64,000 nucleotides of DNA from Octopus vulgaris. Taxonomy: Eukaryota. The notes under the pieces were generated by a model. That model had not been told where the DNA came from. It saw nothing but the letters and a program-made list of their open reading frames with translations, and did not search any database. The stretch lies in contig OX597819.1 of assembly GCA_951406725.2 (NCBI GenBank), positions 39,866,001 to 39,930,000 of the forward strand, in the 5' to 3' direction. The position numbers and the translations under genes were made by a program. Shown here one piece after another: positions 29,076-42,415 of this stretch (positions within the stretch are counted from its first letter, which is position 1; each line of letters opens with the position of its first letter).

Positions 29076-29102
29076 TATTATATAGATATATTTATATACA
29101 TA

Positions 29103-29961
29103 CAGGGAATCCCCAAAGTCCCTGATGGATTTCAATTTTTAATAACTTCCTTAACTTTACAAATAAATGCATGAAATTATGATACAGTATAAAGGACATA
29201 ATGGAAATTAATAATTAATATGCACCAGTCAAATTTTACAACACCATTACATCACATATGAAAAATGACATCGCTTAAATGGCAGCCATTTTCGGCTTCT
29301 CACGCCTGTGTTCTTTCGAAAGCTTGCACCGTAACACCTTCAAGACTTTCAGACCCCACTTTTCTGATTTCTCTATTGATGTTCTTCATCAGTTACACCA
29401 GGATCTCCTGTTTGTTGACGTAAACCTTCTCTTCCAGATATCCCCACAAGAAAAAAACCCTGGTTAAATAAATCTGGGGAATGTGAAGACTAGTTGATAT
29501 TGCCGTAGCGGGAGATTATTCTCTTTCCAAAGCACTACCGTAGCATCTGCATTGTTTTTCTTGCGATATGAGCAGTTGCTGCATCTTGCTGGAACCATGC
29601 TGGAACTGTGAATGGCCTTCACATTCCCCAGACTTGGCTAGCCCGGGTTTTTTCTTGCGGGGATACCTGCAAGAGAGGGTTTACATCAACAAACCGGAGA
29701 CCCTGGTGCAACTGAAAAGGCCATCAACAAAGAAATCAGAGAAGAGATGTCTGAAACACTTATAGAAAGAGCACGGGCGTGCGAAGCCGAAAATGGCTGA
29801 GGTTTAAGTGATGTTTTTCATATGTTGTAGTGTTGCAAAATTTGATTTTTGCATATTAATTTCCATTATGTCCTTTATATTGTATCAAAATTGTATGCAT
29901 TTATTTTTAAAGTTAAGGAAATTATTAAAATTTGAAACTCATCGGGGACTTTTGGGACACC

Positions 29962-29962
<1 letters not shown>
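29103..29962. mobile_element. Fold-back Tc1/maT-like element made of two opposed transposase 3' ends
   Basis: TA-flanked TIRs CAGGGAATCCCCAAAGTCCC / GGGGACTTTTGGGACACCG; WPSHSPDLASPGFFLRGYL on + and GFFLWGYLEEKVY on -. Confidence 0.75.
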
Positions 29963-30055
<93 letters not shown>

Positions 30056-31342
30056 ATTGTGTGTGTGTGTTTGAGTACATATATATATTTTTGGCCTGAA
30101 GAAATGAATACGTATTAATATTCCCCCTAAAATCCATTGATATTGCAAATCATATTTGTAATATGCTGTGGATGGGGAACACACCAACAAAAACATGTGG
30201 TTTGTGGAAACGTACGTAGCAATGCATTAAAGGATTTATAAATTTTCATCCAAAAGTCCTTGCTATTACTATATTGATCCTATGCTATAGCGGCACCAAG
30301 CTAATAAACACCCCATAGAATTACCCTGTAAGATGGGAATATGCAGTAGCCGGAGCTTTTTATGAGCACACTCAAAAACCTTCACATAAATTAACTTGAA
30401 GGCTATACAGAGAGAGAGAGAGAGAGAAAGAGGGGGACACAGAGAGAGAGAGAGAGAAAGAGAGATACATACACAGAGACACAGAGAAAGAGTGACATAT
30501 ACGCTAAATATATCTGGATGGGGGAAAACCGTCGTCAAGAGGGGACTATAGAAACACTCACAGATAAGTAGAGATCGTGAGAACACCGGATCCAAAGGAA
30601 AAGCAGAAAATTTTAAAACTTTACATTCTTTTATATAAATATAAGAAGTGGGTATCATGTCAACACAACTCAAAATACTTCAACGATCAAATGAAACATT
30701 TCAAACAGATATATGTGTATCATATATATATACTTATACACACCCACACACACGCGCACACACACACACATACATACAAACATACATATATATTTATATT
30801 AGACAATGTATGGGGAGATTTATTCTCTTTTAGTGCCGTATTATCACACTCACTGGTTCGATTTCCACGCGTATTTATTGTTTTCTAAAACGTTCTTTGT
30901 CTTGCAGACTTTTCAATAGTCGTTGACTCTGTCCATTATCCGAGCTGCGTTCTTTTTGTTTGATTGTTTGTGCGCATGTGTGTGCGTCAGTGCGCATATG
31001 TATACGCTTATGTATGTATGTATGTATGTATGTATGCATATATGCATGTATATATGTACGTATGCACGTATGTTTGTAAATGTATGCATGTGTGTACATT
31101 TGTATGTATGTATGCATTTTGCATATTCATCTGTTTCTGTGTCCATGCTTGTGTGTTTGTATGTGTGTGTGTGTGTGTGTATTTGGTTGTGTACTTCTGT
31201 CTCCTTGTATGCGCATGTTTGAGTGTGTCTATGTTCATGTGTTTGAGTTTTCATTTGTGTATGTGTGTGGGGGCTTGTCTGTCCATATTACGTGTGTACC
31301 TATCTACATGTTTACTTACATATCCATTTACCTATATATATA

Positions 31343-31393
<51 letters not shown>

Positions 31394-31397
<4 letters not shown>

Positions 31398-31467
31398 TAT
31401 AATACAAAATGGGACAAGAACGCAAAGCATCCGGACAACTAGGTGATACAAAAGAGGACAACAAAAG

Positions 31468-31501
<34 letters not shown>

Positions 31502-31607
31502 ATTCGAATGATCTGTCCGTGTTTTTTTTTGTATCGGGATGTTTTGTTGTCCCCTTTTGTATCACCTAGTTGTCCGGATGCTTTGCGTTCTCGTCCCATT
31601 TTGTATT

Positions 31608-31615
<8 letters not shown>
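31394..31615. repeat. Inverted repeat of the terminus of the 10270-10851 family
   Basis: 31394-31465 is approximately the reverse complement of 31542-31615. Confidence 0.75.
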
Positions 31616-31658
<43 letters not shown>

Positions 31659-31921
31659 AAATATATATATGTATAGGTAAATGGATATGTAAGTAAACAG
31701 ATACACACACATATATACGTGTACATAGCAGCCTTCTAACAACTCTACATGTATATATAAACTGTGGGTATTGGGGTATGACTATCTTCTACGTGTATTT
31801 CCTATTTAGTACTGGTGATGTTTCATTTATGAGGATGTACTCCTGTAATTTTCTAGATGTTGGGTCCTTCGCGTACGTGGATAAAAGCGGATGTCAAGTT
31901 GACCTGGTATATATATATATA

Positions 31922-32800
31922 GGGCTGGTAAAATTCCCGAGATCCATGGACGAGCTCTCTCCGGCGGTCTTTGTCCCTCATCACTGCTGCCGTGTCCTGT
32001 GTCTCCCAGAGACTAGTGTCATCCTCAGTCTTCCTCTTCTAGTGTGTCCGTGTAGGGGCTCCCACAGGAGCATGTCCAGCTAACCTCAGTCTCCTAATGC
32101 TAAGGAGAATATTAGAAAGAGCTAGAGCAAAGTGTCTTCCTGCTGTCACGGCTTTCATTGATTTTAGGAAGCCCTTTGATTCGGCAGACCGTCACTACCT
32201 GATGAAGATCTTACTGGCTTATGGAATACCCAAGAAGATAGTAGACCTGATCTCACTACTCTACACCAACACCAGAGCCCAAGTCATTACTCTTGAGATG
32301 ACGGAGTGCTTCAGGGAGATACATTGCTCTCTACCTTTTTATCATCGTGGTGGACTTACGTTGGAGAAACACTAGGATCTGGCTTTACTGTAACGCCGGC
32401 TCAGAGCAGGAGGATCAAGGCTAATAAGATATCAGATGCTGAATTTGCTGATGACATAGTTCGGGTGACAAAAACAGTGAGGGAAGCAGAGGAATTGATG
32501 CAGAAGATGGAGACTGTGTCGATGAGCGTGGAGATGAAAATTAAGGAAATTAAGACGAAGTATCTAATACAGAACATTCAGAAACCACTAATGTTGGCTG
32601 AGGGCTTGCTATATCTGGAAGCAAAGATTGAGAACACAGAGGGTGACATAGTTGTACGGGTCTGAGACTTAGAGACTGAATAAGAAACTCACTCAGATGG
32701 TGGATGGGTCCTACACGAGAATGCTGAGGATGGCTCTGAACATTAATCAGTATACACTGAGGACAAAGAACTCAGAGCTATACGAGACCCAGCTAATAGC
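31922..32800. pseudogene. RTE-clade LINE fragment with 5' inversion (3' end on -, RT segment on +)
   Basis: + strand: FIDFRKPFDS, LQGDTL, EFADDI, DGSYTRMLRMALN; - strand 31922-32096: IRRLRLAGH... C-terminus. Confidence 0.8.
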
Positions 32801-32802
32801 TC

Positions 32803-32852
<50 letters not shown>

Positions 32853-33437
32853 AATCCAAACGGGAAAACAGAAAAAACAACAACACGTGGAACAATTACA
32901 GTATTATTATTAATAGGCGCTCAGGAAAGATGGAAGCAGGAAGGTATGACGTTTCGAGCGGAGCTCTTCGTCGGAAACATAAAGATGGAAGAGAGAGGAA
33001 AGAAAGATCCCGAAGTGGGCAAACAGAGGGAGAAAAAAAAAAGCGACTAGTGTTTACGAAGTACACATGGTGAAAGGCGGAAGTTTACGATAACAAGAGA
33101 AAAGTAGGTTTTTAAAGCCAAAAGAGTGGAGACAGGGTTGGTAACGCAACAGATGTGTGTGTATGTGTGAGTGTGTGCGTGTGCGTGTGTGTATGTGTGT
33201 GTGAGGCGAGATAAAAAAACAAAAAATGTATGTATAGATTAGTGTGTGCGTCTGTGTGTAGGCGTGTGAGGTAGGGCGAGACAGTAGTAGGCATAGCAGA
33301 CAGTGGTCAGTAGTAAAAAAATGAAGGAAGGAGGAAGGGAGGGAGGGGATATATCATGTTGTATTAACGTTAAGAATGATACACAAATGGCTATTTTAAT
33401 CTAATTTAACTTCTATTGTGTATATAAAAATATATAT

Positions 33438-33834
33438 GCGCATGAGTGGTTGTGTGGTAAGTAGCTTGCTTACCAACCAAATGGTTCTGGGTTCAGTCCC
33501 AGTGCGTGGCACCGTGTATAGGAGTCTTCTACTATAGCTTCAGGTCGACCAAAGCCTTGTGAGTGGATTTGGTAGACGGAAACTGAAAGAAGCCTGTCGT
33601 ATATATGTATATATATATGTATGTGTATGTGTATGTGTATATGTTTGTGTGTCTGTGTTTGTCCCCCCAACATCGCTTGTGGTGGTGTGTTTACGTCCCC
33701 GTAACTTAACGGTTCGGCAAACTAGACGGATAGAATAAGTCCTGGGGTCAATTTGCTCGACTAAAGGCGGTGCTCCAGCATGGCCGCAGTCAGATGACTG
33801 AAACAAGTAAAAGAGTAAAAGAGAGTAAAGAGTA
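33438..33834 (+). mobile_element. SINE family A
   Basis: Head, core and tail. Confidence 0.8.
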
Positions 33835-33870
33835 TATTATATATATATACATACATACACACAGAGGTAT

Positions 33871-33911
<41 letters not shown>

Positions 33912-34397
33912 TATGTGAGTGAGTGCGTGCATGTTATTCGATATATTGTAAGAGTAACACCTTTACTGCTTTTTTTTGCATAAACTTCAAGTTTCGCCTT
34001 CAAACATTTTTCTCACCCCGCGGACATAAATACACACACATACACACACACACACAAATATACATACATCCAAACATACATACACATTTTCACACAAACA
34101 AATACATACACGCAGTTTTCTAAATATGAATGCACGAATTTAATGAATGAGTTTGTTTACAATAAGTGTTTAAGTCACTAATGCAATTGTCAAAATAACA
34201 ATTTTTATATGTTTTCTGAATCTCCCATACTCTCTCAAAAATCTTATATTCGCTTTCTTCTCTTCTATTTCCTTGCTTCTTCTCCCTGCCACCGTCTTCG
34301 ACTCCCTTTTCCAGTAGCCTGTTTTCTGGCATAAATAAGTACGTTGATGTATATATGAGCGTGTCGGTGGGGGGAGGGGCGCATTTGTGCGCGTACA

Positions 34398-34453
<56 letters not shown>

Positions 34454-34465
34454 TGTGTATGTATG

Positions 34466-34532
<67 letters not shown>

Positions 34533-34883
34533 ACATACATACATACATACATACATACACATGTGTGTGTGTGTGTATGTATGTGTGTGTGTTTGCGTAT
34601 GTATGTATATATATATATATACATACATACACACATACATACATATATATACATACATACACAAACACACACACACATACATATATATATATACATACAT
34701 GCATACATACATATACATATATATATACATACATACATACATACACAAACACACACACACATACACTCACACACACACACACAGACACACACACACAAAT
34801 ATGATTAGAGGTCATGAATGAAAGGTTTCATCCAAGGATATATATTTTTATACGTGATTGCTATACTGCTTATATATGCATAC

Positions 34884-34978
<95 letters not shown>

Positions 34979-35728
34979 CACACGCACGAACACGCAAGAT
35001 TTTTTTTTCTTTTGCTACTGCTAATGGTATTATTAATTTCAATACAGAGTTCAAATCCAGCCGTAGTCAACTCCGTCTTTTATCCCTCAGGGGGCGGTGT
35101 AATCGACTAACACCCTCCCTCCAGCACTACTGGCTTTGTATCTAAATTAGAATTAATTATTATTGTCTCTATATATTATCATAACATCTATTTTTCTTGT
35201 CATTATCCATTTCCCTATGATGTGAGACCTTTCTCTCTGTCTGTTTATCTGTCTGTCTGTGTGTATGTGTGTGTGTATCTCTCTCTCTCTCTCTCCCTTT
35301 CTCTCTCCCTCTCTCTGTCTGTCTCTCTCTCTCCCTCACTCTCTCTTGACTTCGGGCATTCACACCTTTGACGGCCACTGGAAGCAATTTGCCTGCCCCC
35401 ATACGCTTATTTGTATCAAGCGACGCCGGGGAGCGCGAATAATGAGAAAAGCGGTCACGTGTTAGTGTCTGTTCCTTTATGAAGTGACAAAAGAACGAGT
35501 GCAAAATAGTGCGACGCATGGGCGGAGGCTAGACGGAGGAAGGTGTGGGCTTAACGAGAGCACGGTAAGCTTTTAACAAGTAGCGGAATATTATCTTCCG
35601 TTCCACTCGTCTTTGAAGATCATGCAATACATTCTGTCTACATCGGTTCTGTGTTTGGGGGTCAACCTCTAAAACATTGATAGATGTAGCGCAGTAAAAG
35701 CCTTTGGGAGAAGGAGAGAAACGACAGC

Positions 35729-35805
<77 letters not shown>

Positions 35806-36139
35806 GGAGAGAGAGAGAGAGATAGAGAGGACGAGGAGAGAAAGAAGACAGAGACATTAGGGTCAAAGAATAATTGACAAACATAATATATGCAGGTAAA
35901 AGGGCAATTATATAAAGGTTCTTACATAAAACATTTTAAAACATGTCTTAAACGTGTGGGTTTATACACACAAGCACACACACGCATTTATATGTATGTG
36001 TGTGTGTGTGTGTGCATGCATGTCTATATATATATATGATGATATTACACATATATATACACGCGCGTGCGCATACACACACAGGCGTGCACACACGTTT
36101 TTTTCTCTCTAGTTTCAACTCAGAGCTGCGGCCATGCTG

Positions 36140-36241
<102 letters not shown>

Positions 36242-36354
36242 ACATTAGAGACATTTTTATGGACTACGTCCAATATTCGCGGTCTTTCGTTATTCGCGGT
36301 TACTCTAGGAACGTAACCCCCGCAAATACCGGGGACTACTGTATGTGTGTGTTA

Positions 36355-36392
<38 letters not shown>

Positions 36393-36396
<4 letters not shown>

Positions 36397-36966
36397 GAAA
36401 TATTGAATTTCTAAATGTCTCAGAGAGACATAAGCGGTGGTGGAGCGATATAGTGGTCGTATACACCACCGCCATTTAGCCCTTTGCAAATATAAGGACA
36501 CAGAAAATGTGTCAAAGCCGGCAGGAGACGTCGATGTTTCCTAGGGCTAAATGGCGGTAGTGTAATTACCTTACGGGACTGTCACATTGAGTTGACGGTA
36601 TACGACCACAATATCACTCCACCACCGCTTATGTCCCTCTGAGACATTTAGAAATTCAATATTTCTAATTTCGCTGATCAGTAAATAAATTTTACTGATA
36701 ATATGATATATTTGTGAAGAGGTTGCGGTCATCTCAGCGAGCGAGACAAGCTACCCTGAACTGACGACGAACAATAAACTCAGAAACATATGTCGTCAGG
36801 TGCTTAGTCCCAGCTGGCGAGGGTGATTGCCTCCCCTTTGCAAATATAAGGACACAGAAAATGTGTCAAAGCCGACCGGAGACGTCGATATTTCCTAGGG
36901 CTAAATGGCGGTGGTGTAATCCCCTTACGGGACTGTCACATTGAGTTGACGGTATACGACCACTAT
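36393..36966 (+). mobile_element. Retrozyme/PLE pLTR-like HHR element (354-bp period, 5' inverted segment)
   Basis: 36481-36610 is repeated at 36835-36964; 36393-36474 is inverted relative to 36598-36668; HHR at 36755. Confidence 0.7.
36755..36800 (+). ncRNA. Minimal hammerhead ribozyme (weak stem II)
   Basis: cctgaa CTGACGA cga..tca GAAAC atat GTC^ gtcagg. Confidence 0.6.
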
Positions 36967-37196
36967 ATATATATATAGTTATATTTTATAATTATACTTA
37001 AATATAAATTAACCATTATGGTCTTGTTAGTATGTTGGCCACTAATAAATCATTAAATAATGACTTTATTCTAATTATGTATAAATATATATATTAATTC
37101 ACTCCACAAACACATTTGCTTAGTAAATAACCATAAGGTTGAAATGGACGTTCGAGTTTTTGTATCGTATATATGTGTGAAATGCATGTATATGCT

Positions 37197-37229
<33 letters not shown>

Positions 37230-37237
<8 letters not shown>

Positions 37238-37842
37238 GTCGTATACCGTCAACTCAATGTGACAGTCCTGTAAGGGAATTACACCACCGCCATTTAACCC
37301 TAGGAAACATCGACGTCTCCTGTCGGCTTTGACACATGTTCTGTGTCCTTATATTTGCAAAGGGGAGGCAATCACCCCCGCCAACTGGGACTAAGCACCT
37401 GATGACATATGTTTCTGAGTTTATTGTTCGTCGTCAGTTCAGGGTAGCTTGTCTCGCTCGCTGAGATGACTGCAACCCCTTCGCAAATATATCATATTAT
37501 CAGTAAAATTTATTTACTGATCACCGAAATTAGAAATATTGAATTTCTAAATGTCTCAGAGAGACATAAGCGGTGGTGGAGTGATATTGTGGTCGTATAC
37601 CGTCAACTCAATGTGACAGTCCCGTAAGGGAATTACACCACCGCCATTTAGCCCTAGGAAACATCGACGTCTCCTGCCGGCTTTGACACATTTTCTGTGT
37701 CCTTATATTTGCAAAGGGCTAAATGGCGGTGGTGTAATTCCTTTACGGGACTGTCACATTGAGTTGACGGTATACGACCACTATATCGCTCCACCACCGC
37801 TTATGTCTCTCTGAGACATTTAGAAATTCAATATTTCTAAAT
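37230..37842 (-). mobile_element. Inverted second copy of the 36393-36966 element (HHR at 37398-37443)
   Basis: Reverse complement with few substitutions and one ~39-bp indel. Confidence 0.75.
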
Positions 37843-37845
37843 ATA

Positions 37846-37878
<33 letters not shown>

Positions 37879-37879
<1 letters not shown>

Positions 37880-40028
37880 GGCGCAGGAGTGGCTGTGTGG
37901 TAAGTAGCTTGCTAACCTCACTGACAGAAGAGTGACTTTGCTTACCGTACTACGGTTTGGACGCGTTTTCTTCCCGGTAAGAGTTTTGCTGTGTTGTTAA
38001 TTGTTGAATTCCTACTACTGAAAATTTGCCTTTAAACGTTGCTGAACTGTCTTGTTCTCCGGTTTTACCGGGAAATAATTGAATAATTTCTTACCGTTGA
38101 ACTGTTAGCCATTGTGGCTTTTTATTTAGGTGACTATATATAGTCCTGCCAGACTATTTTCGTGCCCCTCCCCGAATGGGGGTGGGAATTGGAATTTTTG
38201 AACTGCTTTTTTGAACTACTTTGGAAGAAAAACTTTCTATAGGTTTCCCAGTTTTGTGGGAAACCAATATTCGTAATTTTTGTGTTGTCTAATTTCAACA
38301 GAATAATGTCTCTTGAAATTATTCACGAAAGTAGTGCTCTTGAGGAGAGCAATGTTAAAAAATTTTCTGCGGTAGCCGCAGTGGCTACCGAGAACATTGA
38401 CATCGATGTCAATCAGCTCGTCGAGCTATTTAAAAGAATGCCAGAGGAGGGTGGTGATGTTAAAATATCACCCTCCGCCAGTATCGTGGAGACCGAGAAG
38501 CGGACCGTAGTGTTTAAAACTTTCTGTCCACAAAGCAGAAGGTTCAAACACTTTGAAAAAAGCACCATCGAGAAATGCCTGTCCCCGATTTGGAAGGACA
38601 TCGTGTACGTCGCCAGGGGACGGGCATATGGCACTGTGGATGTCCGCTTCTCGGGGGAAGAAATTGCCCGCGGGCATTCTGTAAACCCCCTAAAAACCAA
38701 GGAGGTGGTACTTTTCCCAAGCTATAGGGGACGCAGGACGTCCCGGGTCAGGATTGTAGAAGCCCCGCCGGAAGTAGATCCGGCAGAGGTAGTGGCCGCC
38801 CTGTTATATAAAAGGGCGGACAAAATTAAAATACTAGAAGTAACATGCTCTGCCCCTCTATTTTGGCTCGGGCGTAACATTAATATATTAATTCAAGGAA
38901 CAGCGGAGGACCTGCAGCTCCTTCCTGAGAGGGTGCTCGTGGGCGAGAACATAGCCCTCAGGGTACAGGTCGAAGGCCGAAAACCCACCTGTTACGCCTG
39001 CGGCAAAAAAGGCCACATTCGTGTAGACTGTCCAGACAAGCAAAAGAAACCGCAGATACCAGGCCCCTCAGATAATAAAAAAGTCCCTACCCTTGCAAAC
39101 TCACCTACCCCTACAAAAACAAAAAATCCCACTCCTGCTGTTACGGTGCCAACCCCAAAACAGACTGAAGAAAAAACCCAGCCCTCGCACTCACACACCC
39201 CTACATTATTAAAACCTCCCACCCCCCTAAAAACTGTGGCGCCTACCGAACAAACTTTAGCTACCCCAGACGATACCATGGAGGTATCAGAGGGGGATTT
39301 ACACCAGTTCGTAAAAGAATTCGTGCATCATCCCCGTCCACATCCCCTACAAAAAATAATAAAAACAAAGACACACCACAGACACGGAAAAAAAATCCCG
39401 CTCAACTGGCCCAGAAAAAGAAGACAAAAAAGAAAATGAACTCATATTAATTGAATTCGACACACAAGACAAATACATAAACGATATTGTGGTTCAGCAT
39501 CAGTCAGCAAGACTGTACAACAAATACAAAGATCGAAATAGACACGCGTGGATTGCGGAAACAACGTTCAAACAATTAAAAAACAGACACCCAAACGCCA
39601 TCCGGCATATCGCGAACTTGCCGGACTATCTGAAGAAAGAGGAGAAAGAAGGGGCCCACAAACGTGTGGTGAGGTCGGCCCCCACCTCTCCAACGAAACG
39701 TAAGTAGAACTTTTACTTTTTGTAATGGCTTCGCTGTGTGGATTTGGTAGACGGAAACTGAAAGAAGCCTGTCGTATATATGTATATATATATATGTATG
39801 CGTGTGTATATGTGTGTGTGTCTGTGTTTATCCCTCTAGCATTGCTTGACAACCGAGCTGGTGTGTTTACATCCCCGTCACTTAACGGTTCGGCAAAAGA
39901 GACCGATAGAATAAGTACTGGGCTTACAAAGAATAAGTCCCTGGGTCGATTTACTCGACTAAAGGCGGTGCTCCAGCATGGCCGCAGTCAAATGACTGAA
40001 ACAAGTAAAAGAGTAAAAGGAGTAAAGA

Positions 40029-40030
<2 letters not shown>
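37879..40030 (+). mobile_element. SINE family A interrupted by a Tx1/L1-like 5'UTR plus ORF1 (37918-~39738)
   Basis: The SINE head ends at GCTAACC (37917) and the SINE body resumes at TGGATTTGGTAGACGG (~39739). Confidence 0.8.
38306..39707 (+). CDS. Tx1/L1-clade LINE ORF1 (gag-like, CCHC zinc knuckle) with two apparent frameshifts near 39292 and 39362
   Basis: CYACGKKGHIRVDC knuckle after RVQVEGRKPT, Pro/Thr-rich tail, 5'UTR motif GGACGCGTTTT; the reading continues via RKRIRASSPS into the 39489-39707 ORF. Confidence 0.75.
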
Positions 40031-40073
<43 letters not shown>

Positions 40074-40086
40074 TAATACACACATA

Positions 40087-40172
40087 CAGTAGTCCCCGGT
40101 ATTTGCGGGGGTTACGTTCCTAGAGTAACCGCGAATATTGGACGTAGTCCATAAAAATGTCTCTAATGTCAA
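40087..40172 (+). mobile_element. Tigger/pogo-like MITE end (inverted copy at 36238-36341)
   Basis: ta|CAGTAGTCCCCGGTATTTGCGGGGGTTACGTTCC TIR. Confidence 0.65.
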
Positions 40173-40343
40173 AATATAACGTAAAATATTATATAGATAG
40201 ATAGATATGTATATATATATATATATAGGGGGTACGTCCTGTGACATCCTGTGCCCATAAATGCATATGTATATACATATATATGTAAATATGTACATAT
40301 ATTTATGTATATATGCATATAAATATTAATATTTATATTATCA

Positions 40344-40374
<31 letters not shown>

Positions 40375-40520
40375 GTAAAATATCTGTTATAATAATGAGC
40401 TTCTTTGTTTGTCCAAAATCACGCAATAGGGAAGTAGCAGTGTAAGAGTTAAAAAAAGAGAAGAGACAAAATGGTAATATAAATGAGAGAGGGACTGATA
40501 TCAAACAGCGCCTCTTGCTT

Positions 40521-40556
<36 letters not shown>

Positions 40557-40578
40557 TCTCTTTCTCTCTCTCTCTCTT

Positions 40579-40626
<48 letters not shown>

Positions 40627-40718
40627 AATAAAATCCTTTCCACTTTATTGATGAATGCTGTCCCTCTCTCCTTCTCTCACTCTCTCTCCATCAACAGACG
40701 CACACACACACACTTTCA

Positions 40719-40759
<41 letters not shown>

Positions 40760-41315
40760 TCACTCACTCACTCACTCACTCTCTCTCTCTAAGCAACAGC
40801 ATTTTCATTTTTATTCGATGAACGGTGATTTTTTTTCTGGTAAACATTAATAATATGATACATAAACATGATTTTTGCACCTCAAAATTATTTTTCTTTA
40901 TCTCTATGGATGTTTGACTGTTCTGGAAGATTTTTCTGCTAAGTAGTAATTTTTAAGTCATAAAATAAAAATATTGTCTATTTAAATAAAACTTGATAAT
41001 ATTGTCTGTTTAAATATAAAAGGAAGTTAATTACGAATATTTACAAATACTTGCCAATACAGTGATGTTTGTAAATATTTATGAATGAAGAATTTTGCTA
41101 AGGCGGTGAAGTTTGTCTTCAAGATCTTTTTCCATTTCAGGCAGTAAAGAGAGTGAGAGAGAGATAGACAGACAGAGATAGAGAACGTGTAGACGTTGTT
41201 GGAAAAAATAGTAAGTCACCGTGTGTATGCCATCAATGTAATCCTGTGTAATTTTGGACTGTATCGTTACGTCTAGAAATATATACAAACTAACGTACAC
41301 ACACGCATACACACA

Positions 41316-41346
<31 letters not shown>

Positions 41347-41423
41347 GCGCGCAAATATACTCATACCAGGTCTTAGCTTTTTGAATGCCGTGATTTCCAC
41401 AGAGCTCCCATGGATCATTCTTA

Positions 41424-41820
41424 GGATCTTTTCGGTTTGAACGGCAGTTTTTCTAGCGGTGTCATATGAAATTGTCACCCATAATTATGACCCTAGTATC
41501 GATCTATTGCATTTCAATCTCTTTTAGGGTTAGGGTTAGTTAGGGTTAGGGTTAGGGTTAGGGTTAGAGTTAGGGTTTGGGTTAGGGGTGAGGGGAAGAG
41601 TATATATTTTTTTTTCACAAATGTAAATAAACCCAATCTGTTTCTTAAACGAGGGACATATTCATACGGCACATAATGTTTTTTAACTCAATAGACGTCA
41701 CTGATTGGTTGAAATTGCAGAAATTGAAGAAAAAAAACAACAAATATCTTACAAACTATAGAATTTTCTCAATAAAGCCAAGAGAAAAAGATGTTTTATA
41801 AACACATTCTACCAGTATTC
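41424..41820 (+). mobile_element. Merlin-like MITE, truncated, with internal (TTAGGG)n
   Basis: Same family as 53940-54349; about 10 TTAGGG-like units at 41524-41588. Confidence 0.7.
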
Positions 41821-42371
41821 TGCTGAATTACGGCCTTTACTTCTAATTGCCATTATATAATTTTATATACTTAAGTTATTAGTTTAAATTTATGTAGGTA
41901 TTTTTGTAAAATTATAATACAATTTAGCTCTGAAAACAAAAGAAAATCATTTAACAAATGTATACATTTTTTTTTAAAATCCATTTAACACTTATTGAAA
42001 AGTTATAATTTTACTATGTTGGAGGGGTACCTACCTACCAATTGTCTTGTATCTTGATGTTTTTACTATCTCTACTCATCAGATATTTTAAACAAGGTTT
42101 CTACAGTGAAATATGACCAAATGTTTCATATCCATAAGCAATTTAGTATATATATGTGTTAGAGATTATATGATTGATATAGAAAATTAGGGTATTTAAT
42201 TGTGGGTGGGATATATGCGAGGGGTACGGGGGTCATATATTTTATTTGAAATACTATTTAAAACTCTGCACATACCGCTGAATTAAAAATGGTTGTGTTT
42301 CGACCCCCATTCTAATGTGTGTGTGTTTGTGTGTGTGTGTGTGTATGCGTGTGTGTGTGTGTGTGTATGCG

Positions 42372-42415
<44 letters not shown>

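Noticed and set aside
41524-41588. Telomere or chromosome-fusion relic
   Set aside because: TTAGGG units are internal to a MITE family also seen at 53940-54349
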